Origin: Bdellovibrionota bacterium FG-1
GTDB taxonomy: Bacteria; Bdellovibrionota; UBA1018
Assembly: GCA_051382295.1 (NCBI GenBank)
Contig: JBBCAW010000105.1
Span: 1-11,473, forward strand
DNA length: 11,473 nt
Direction: 5' to 3'
Shown: in pieces, positions 6,935-11,473 of the stretch
How positions within the stretch are numbered: position 1 is the first letter of the stretch
Layout of the letters: the number at the start of each line of letters is the position of its first letter
Program-made: the position numbers and the translations under genes
The notes under the pieces: generated by a model
The model's input: only the letters and a program-made list of their open reading frames with translations
Told to the model about the DNA's origin: nothing
Databases searched by the model: none

Positions 6935-7483
6935 TTAGAAACCGCTTACGGCAGAAATGATGAACTCGATCGGGAGGGCTACAATATCCAGCGGAATAGT
7001 AAAGACGGTCCATATGAGCAGGGATGAATTGCGTTCTCCTGAGCAGAAGGTGTCATAATAATTGCCTGAACTATTGCACGGGATTAGGTTTCGCGTCAGC
7101 CCGAAGAGAAAGTTGCCGGAGCTCATGGCCTGCTGGATTTCCCGACGTTCTATGGCCAGGACGGTATCCCGGTCTAGAGTCTTTAACTCGTCCTGGGCAT
7201 AGGAGATGGCCTTGTTCAATTGAGTGAGGTCAACGCCGCCTTTTTTGGCGAGGATGTCGCGATTGTGGGCTGCGGCAGCTTGGATATCCGCTTGGAGCTG
7301 CTCCCAGCTCATCGAAGCGTGCCGTATCAGGCGGGTTTGCATGAATTTGACAAGCGCTTGCTTCTGTTGAGCGTTTGCGCCGACTTGCTGAATGCTTTCA
7401 TCGGCGTGGACTTGCATCGGGCTGATGCTACTCACTAAAACCAGAACCACGAGAGACACAAACAAATAAACCACATTTTTCAT
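6935..7483 (-). CDS. Hypothetical secreted protein with a C-terminal hydrophobic segment (182 aa)
   Basis: Signal peptide MKNVVYLFVSLVVLVLVSSISPMQVHA|DE, helical body, one Cys pair, C-terminal IWTVFTIPLDIVALPIEFIISAVSGF; AAGGG upstream of the ATG. Confidence 0.8.
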   Translation of the reverse strand: MKNVVYLFVSLVVLVLVSSISPMQVHADESIQQVGANAQQKQALVKFMQTRLIRHASMSWEQLQADIQAAAAHNRDILAKKGGVDLTQLNKAISYAQDELKTLDRDTVLAIERREIQQAMSSGNFLFGLTRNLIPCNSSGNYYDTFCSGERNSSLLIWTVFTIPLDIVALPIEFIISAVSGF

Positions 7484-7913
7484 AACTTACCCTTTTATTA
7501 TATGAGTTGTTTTGCGGCATTCATACTGTCTTATTTTTATCTAATCACTGTAGAACATCCGAATCGGCGACGATTCGAACACAATTACGTAACAGTTGTG
7601 CGGGGCGAGAAATCGGGTTCTTAGAGCCCTCGCCGACGTCGCCATCTCTTCAAAACTTCGGGTAAAAAACGGCTCCACCAAGGTTAATAGTTGTAAGGCT
7701 ATTAGTTGAACGTTATGTTTTGTTTTTTTTCTGAATTTAAAAGCGGAATTATCGTCTATTTCAAATATCCGAATTTACTAAAAATATTAATAACAATTCC
7801 TTGATAAGGTCATGCTATTTTTTCAGCATCGTCAATCCGTTTGAATTCAAGGTCAAGCAGGAGTAACTCATTGTGTAGTGCTAAAGAGGGCTCCTAAATG
7901 CCGCCGGGGGGCG

Positions 7914-8042
7914 ATGACTATCGAAGAGCGTATTGAATCTCACGATGCAGCTCTTGAAGTCGCGCTTGAATTTCAGAAAGCGGGACAGGATTTTTATAGA
8001 GAGCGTGAAAACGCATCTAAACCCCCTTCTGACGAGTCATGA
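7914..8042 (+). pseudogene. Small helical ORF/remnant, putative partner of the downstream nucleotidyltransferase (not in ORF track)
   Basis: MTIEERIESHDAALEVALEFQKAGQDFYRERENASKPPSDES* overlaps the NTase 5' end. An SD-preceded ATG at 7898 (GAGGG upstream) is out of frame, suggesting a damaged 5' end. Confidence 0.45.
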
Positions 8043-8289
8043 GTCCAAGAAAAAGTCGCATGGTACGAGCCTCTTGACACAGGATATTGATGTTTGTGCG
8101 TTATTGACTCAAGAAAATATTCAGAAAATTCGTGAATTACTTGGGCCTTTTCATCCTGTTCATCGAATGACTCCGAAAAAGCTGTCGTTGTTGGAGTTTC
8201 CAGCGGGTATTTCCGCGATCAATAATCTTTATATCAGTACCGACCTGGGGCAAATTGACTTTCTCGGGTCAAGCAACTTGAATGGATAA
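8005..8289 (+). pseudogene. Pol-beta-superfamily nucleotidyltransferase remnant
   Basis: HGTSLLTQDIDVC fits HG..R/L.T.DxD, followed by HPVHRMTPKKLS and NLYISTDLGQIDFLG. The upstream hhGGxA motif is missing, and the frame stops right after DFLGS, lacking the C-terminal half. GTG 8005 is the likely original start. Confidence 0.72.
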
Positions 8290-8348
8290 AGAAACGCCTC
8301 GGTAATATCTAGTTGCCCTCGCTCTTAACCGCGACTATCTTGCAGCCC

Positions 8349-8975
8349 ATGACCGAACCTCTTGAACCGATTGAACTCTTCAAACAGTGGTACGCGTGCG
8401 CAAAACACGTGGGTTTACGCCGAAAACTGATCTCTTGGGTTTACCCCTTCACCATGCTTCATCAGCCCGACGCCGTGACCTTGGCAACCGCCACGAGAGA
8501 CGGCAAACCTTCCGCGCGCGTTGTGCTCTTTAAGGGTCTTAAAGACGGCCGCTTTGGTTTTTATACCAATTACACCTCTCGAAAAGGCCAAGAATTGGCT
8601 GAAAACCCCCAAGTGGCCATGACTTTTCATTGGTGCCTGCCGGAGCGACAAATCCGAATCGAAGGACGAGTGGAGAAAATGACCGCAGCAGAGTCGCAGG
8701 CCTATTGGAACTCCCGGCCCCGTGGCAGTCAAACCAGCGGTGCGGCTTCGCCTCAAAGCCAACGCATTGAAAGTCGCGAAGGACTTAAGCATAAAGTGGC
8801 CGAGGTCGTTCAAAGTTTTGAAGGTAAGGCGATTCCTTGCCCCGAGTTTTGGGGCGGCTATCATGTCGTGCCCGAGCGAATCGAATTTTGGGAAGCACGG
8901 CTTAACCGACTCCATGATCGCTTGGTTTACGTGCGCGAAAATGGAGCCTGGAAAACCTATCGCCTCGCCCCTTAA
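8349..8975 (+). CDS. pdxH: Pyridoxamine 5'-phosphate oxidase
   Basis: Motifs TLATAT..GKPSARVVLFKG, FYTNYTSRKG, RQIRIEG, YWNSRPRGSQ, P.FWGGY, IEFW..R.NRLHDR, RLAP. ATG 8349 preferred to TTG 8313. Confidence 0.95.
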   Translation: MTEPLEPIELFKQWYACAKHVGLRRKLISWVYPFTMLHQPDAVTLATATRDGKPSARVVLFKGLKDGRFGFYTNYTSRKGQELAENPQVAMTFHWCLPERQIRIEGRVEKMTAAESQAYWNSRPRGSQTSGAASPQSQRIESREGLKHKVAEVVQSFEGKAIPCPEFWGGYHVVPERIEFWEARLNRLHDRLVYVRENGAWKTYRLAP

Positions 8976-10768
8976 ATCTGGACGGCCATCTGCGCGCTCT
9001 TCTTGGGAAGGGCGTTTAATTCGCTGAATAATGCCAAAATCTCGGCTTGGCTCATGACCTTGCTTTCGCGCTCACCGTATTTGCGTACGGCAAACTGCCC
9101 GGCCTGCATTTCACGATCTCCGGCAACGAGCGCAAATGGAATCTTAGCGATCTGGGCTTCACGGGTCTTTAGTCCCATCGATTCATTGCGGTCATCGATA
9201 TCGATGCGGTATCCGAGCGCCCGGAGTTCCTTGCGGAAGGTCTGCGCATATTCGTTATGCTCACCTTTGATCGGAACCAAGCGTGCTTGAACCGGCGCCA
9301 GCCAAAATGGAAAGGCCCCGGCGCAATGCTCGATCAGCACGCCGATAAAGCGCTCCAGTGATCCCAGAACCGCCCGATGAACCATGACTGGTCGTTTGGA
9401 AACATTATCTGAAGCCGTGTAATCGAGATCAAAACGTTCCGGCATATTGAAATCAAGCTGGATCGTGCCGAGCTGATGGTAGCGTTTGAGCGCATCCCGG
9501 ACGCGGAAATCAATCTTAGGCCCATAAAAAGCCCCATCCCCTGGATTCAGGTCGTAGGGTTTTCCAAGAGAATCTAAACCCTTTTTGAGCGAGGCTTCGG
9601 CTGTATCCCAGAGTTGATCGGAGCCGGTGCGTTTTTCAGGACGCGTCGAAAAAGCGATCTTGACGTCGTCAAAACCAAAAAGCTCATAGGTTTGCAAAAT
9701 CATGTGGGCGGTGCGGCTGATTTCGACCTCGATTTGCTCCGGCGCGCAAAAGATGTGAGCGTCGTCTTGGCAAAAAGTACGAACTCGGGTCAGTCCAGCC
9801 GTCACTCCTGATTTTTCATAACGATGAAGTCGGCCAAAGTCCGCCAAACGCAAAGGCAGATCTCGATAGGAACGCTTGTGCGAGGCGTACACAAAAGTCG
9901 CGGCTGGGCAATTCATGGGTTTTACGGCAAATTCGCGTTCATCGATTTGCGTAAAATACATATGCTCTTTGTAATTGGCGTAGTGACCGCTCTTGTGCCA
10001 GAGCGAAACATCGAGGATCTGAGGCGTGATGATCTCCTCATACTCGTAAGGACCGTAAAGGTCGCGCATATGCTGCACTAATCGATTATAAACGACGGTT
10101 CCCTTCGGGTGAAAAAACGGACTCGCAGGGGCTTCGGGGTGGAAGCTAAAAAGGTCCAGTTCTTTGCCGAGTTTACGATGATCCCGCTTTTTGGCCTCTT
10201 CGAGCATGTGAAGGTATTCATCGAGTTCGGCTCTGGACAGAAAAGCCGTTCCATAAATACGTTGCAGCTGCGGGTTGGTTTCTTTTCCTCGCCAATAAGC
10301 GCCTGCGATCGATAGAAGTTTGAAAGCTTTGATTTTGCCGGCGCGTTCGAGATGAGGACCGCGGCAAAGGTCGACAAAGTCGCCCTCTTGATAAGTGCTG
10401 ACGCTGGTTGCGCCCGTTTGGGCGAGCGTTTGGATGATTTCGACCTTAAAGCTTTGGTCTTTGCTTTTGAAAAAATTAAGGGCCTCTTCGATCGAATGTT
10501 CTTTGCGAACAAAATGTTCGCTCGCCTGAATGAGCTTTTGCATCTCTTTTTCGATCTTTGGCAGATCTTCAGGAGAGAGCTTGGTCGCAATATCGAAATC
10601 GTAATAGAACCCGTTTTCGATCGTCGGGCCGATGCCGAAACGAGCCTGCGGCCAGAGTCGTTGAATGGCATGCGCCATGACGTGGGCGCAAGAATGGCGA
10701 ATAGTATCCACTTCAGAGTGAATTTCTGGTTCGATCAGGTCGGAAGGTACAGAGGTGTTTGTGGACAT
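8972..10768 (-). CDS. thrS: Threonine--tRNA ligase (short form without the N-terminal TGS/N1 domain)
   Basis: RHSCAHVMA, DLCRGPH, KRDHRKLG, KPMNCP, HRYEKSG, GLTRVRTFCQDDAHIFC, GAFYGPKID, TIQLDF, HRAVLGSLERF, and an anticodon-binding domain. Start is either ATG 10768 or GTG 10780. Confidence 0.98.
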   Translation of the reverse strand: MSTNTSVPSDLIEPEIHSEVDTIRHSCAHVMAHAIQRLWPQARFGIGPTIENGFYYDFDIATKLSPEDLPKIEKEMQKLIQASEHFVRKEHSIEEALNFFKSKDQSFKVEIIQTLAQTGATSVSTYQEGDFVDLCRGPHLERAGKIKAFKLLSIAGAYWRGKETNPQLQRIYGTAFLSRAELDEYLHMLEEAKKRDHRKLGKELDLFSFHPEAPASPFFHPKGTVVYNRLVQHMRDLYGPYEYEEIITPQILDVSLWHKSGHYANYKEHMYFTQIDEREFAVKPMNCPAATFVYASHKRSYRDLPLRLADFGRLHRYEKSGVTAGLTRVRTFCQDDAHIFCAPEQIEVEISRTAHMILQTYELFGFDDVKIAFSTRPEKRTGSDQLWDTAEASLKKGLDSLGKPYDLNPGDGAFYGPKIDFRVRDALKRYHQLGTIQLDFNMPERFDLDYTASDNVSKRPVMVHRAVLGSLERFIGVLIEHCAGAFPFWLAPVQARLVPIKGEHNEYAQTFRKELRALGYRIDIDDRNESMGLKTREAQIAKIPFALVAGDREMQAGQFAVRKYGERESKVMSQAEILALFSELNALPKKSAQMAVQI

Positions 10769-10858
10769 ATAGCTGGGCACATTACGACTGAAGACCTTGA
10801 GTGTCTATCTATTTTGGGGAAGATTTTGGGGGATTTTTGTGGGAGAGTCCTTTCCCAA

Positions 10859-11377
10859 ATGGCACCTGAAAATCCCGCTGCACCAGCAAGAACACAGCCC
10901 AACCTACCGGGCTACAGTTTGCGCCCCGTCACTGAAGATGATTTGGCCGAAATTCTGAGGATTGAAAGCGCGGTTCATCGCGCTCCTTGGAATCAGGAGA
11001 ATTTTCGGGCGGAATTGACCAAGCCCTATGCTCAGTTTTGGGTGATGACGGATGATGAGACGGATTCTGTCATTGCGGGTTATATCAATTTTTGGATTAT
11101 GCTTGAGGAATGCCACATTTTGAATGTGGCCACAGATCTTTCTTTTCGTCGGCGAGGTTTGGCCAAGCTGATGGTTCGACGAGCCGTCGATGAAGCGCAG
11201 CAAAAAGACATCAAAAAAGTTCTTTTGGAAGTTCGGAAGTCGAACGCTGCCGCGATTGCGCTCTATCAGGGGCTGGGTTTTTCCATCACCCATGTCCGAA
11301 AAAGTTTTTACTCGGATGGCGAAGATGCCTACCAAATGGCGCTTTTTATCGATGAAAACGAGCTTATTCAGTTTTAG
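10859..11377 (+). CDS. rimI: Ribosomal protein S18-alanine N-acetyltransferase (GNAT)
   Basis: LRP.T.DDL.EI..IE....APW....F..EL, ECHILNVA, RRRGLA, LEVRKSN.AAIALY..LGF...RKSFYSDGEDAYQM. ATG 10859; the longer ORF from 10352 is just antisense overlap with thrS. Confidence 0.9.
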   Translation: MAPENPAAPARTQPNLPGYSLRPVTEDDLAEILRIESAVHRAPWNQENFRAELTKPYAQFWVMTDDETDSVIAGYINFWIMLEECHILNVATDLSFRRRGLAKLMVRRAVDEAQQKDIKKVLLEVRKSNAAAIALYQGLGFSITHVRKSFYSDGEDAYQMALFIDENELIQF

Positions 11378-11473
11378 TTGACCTACCTCTCCCCGCCCGT
11401 TTTCCCGCCTCTTGGGTTGCGCTTTCTCTTTGCGCTTGCGTAGGTACGACCGTCACCCCTGCGACCCCACTTC

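Noticed and set aside
7933..8004. N-terminal part of the 118-aa ORF
   Set aside because: It is an alternative frame over the small partner ORF, with a TTG start and no NTase similarity.
10352..10858. N-terminal 169 aa of the 341-aa ORF, suggesting a RimI fusion
   Set aside because: It is mostly antisense to thrS, and GNAT similarity starts only after ATG 10859.
11364..11473. Possible 3' end of a - strand gene entering from the right edge
   Set aside because: Two frames are open over this short stretch and neither is recognisable, so it cannot be called from this window.
1..11473. CRISPR array, tRNA or rRNA genes
   Set aside because: No regularly spaced direct repeats, cloverleaf or rRNA-like sequence were seen.

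Overview
Accessory region (about 1-8300) next to a housekeeping block (pdxH, thrS, rimI). The style of the kinase and hypothetical genes suggests a Bdellovibrionota/Oligoflexia-like bacterium; this is inference only. In order, the window holds: (1) a hybrid sensor histidine kinase (TM-HisKA-HATPase-REC-REC) with an unexpected C-terminal helical domain carrying a second H-box-like motif; (2) an IS4-family (IS50/Tn5-like) element with perfect 22-bp terminal inverted repeats and a 9-bp target duplication, whose transposase is internally deleted; (3) an intact AbrB/MazE-type antitoxin + Doc toxin pair; (4) a decayed second copy of the kinase's C-terminal domain; (5) three further TA-like modules collapsed by internal deletions (BrnT/BrnA, small ORF + PIN-like, small ORF + nucleotidyltransferase); (6) two hypothetical exported proteins; (7) a candidate structured intergenic element; (8) pdxH, a short-form thrS not followed by infC, and rimI. 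All family calls come from motif recognition by eye; no database search was run.
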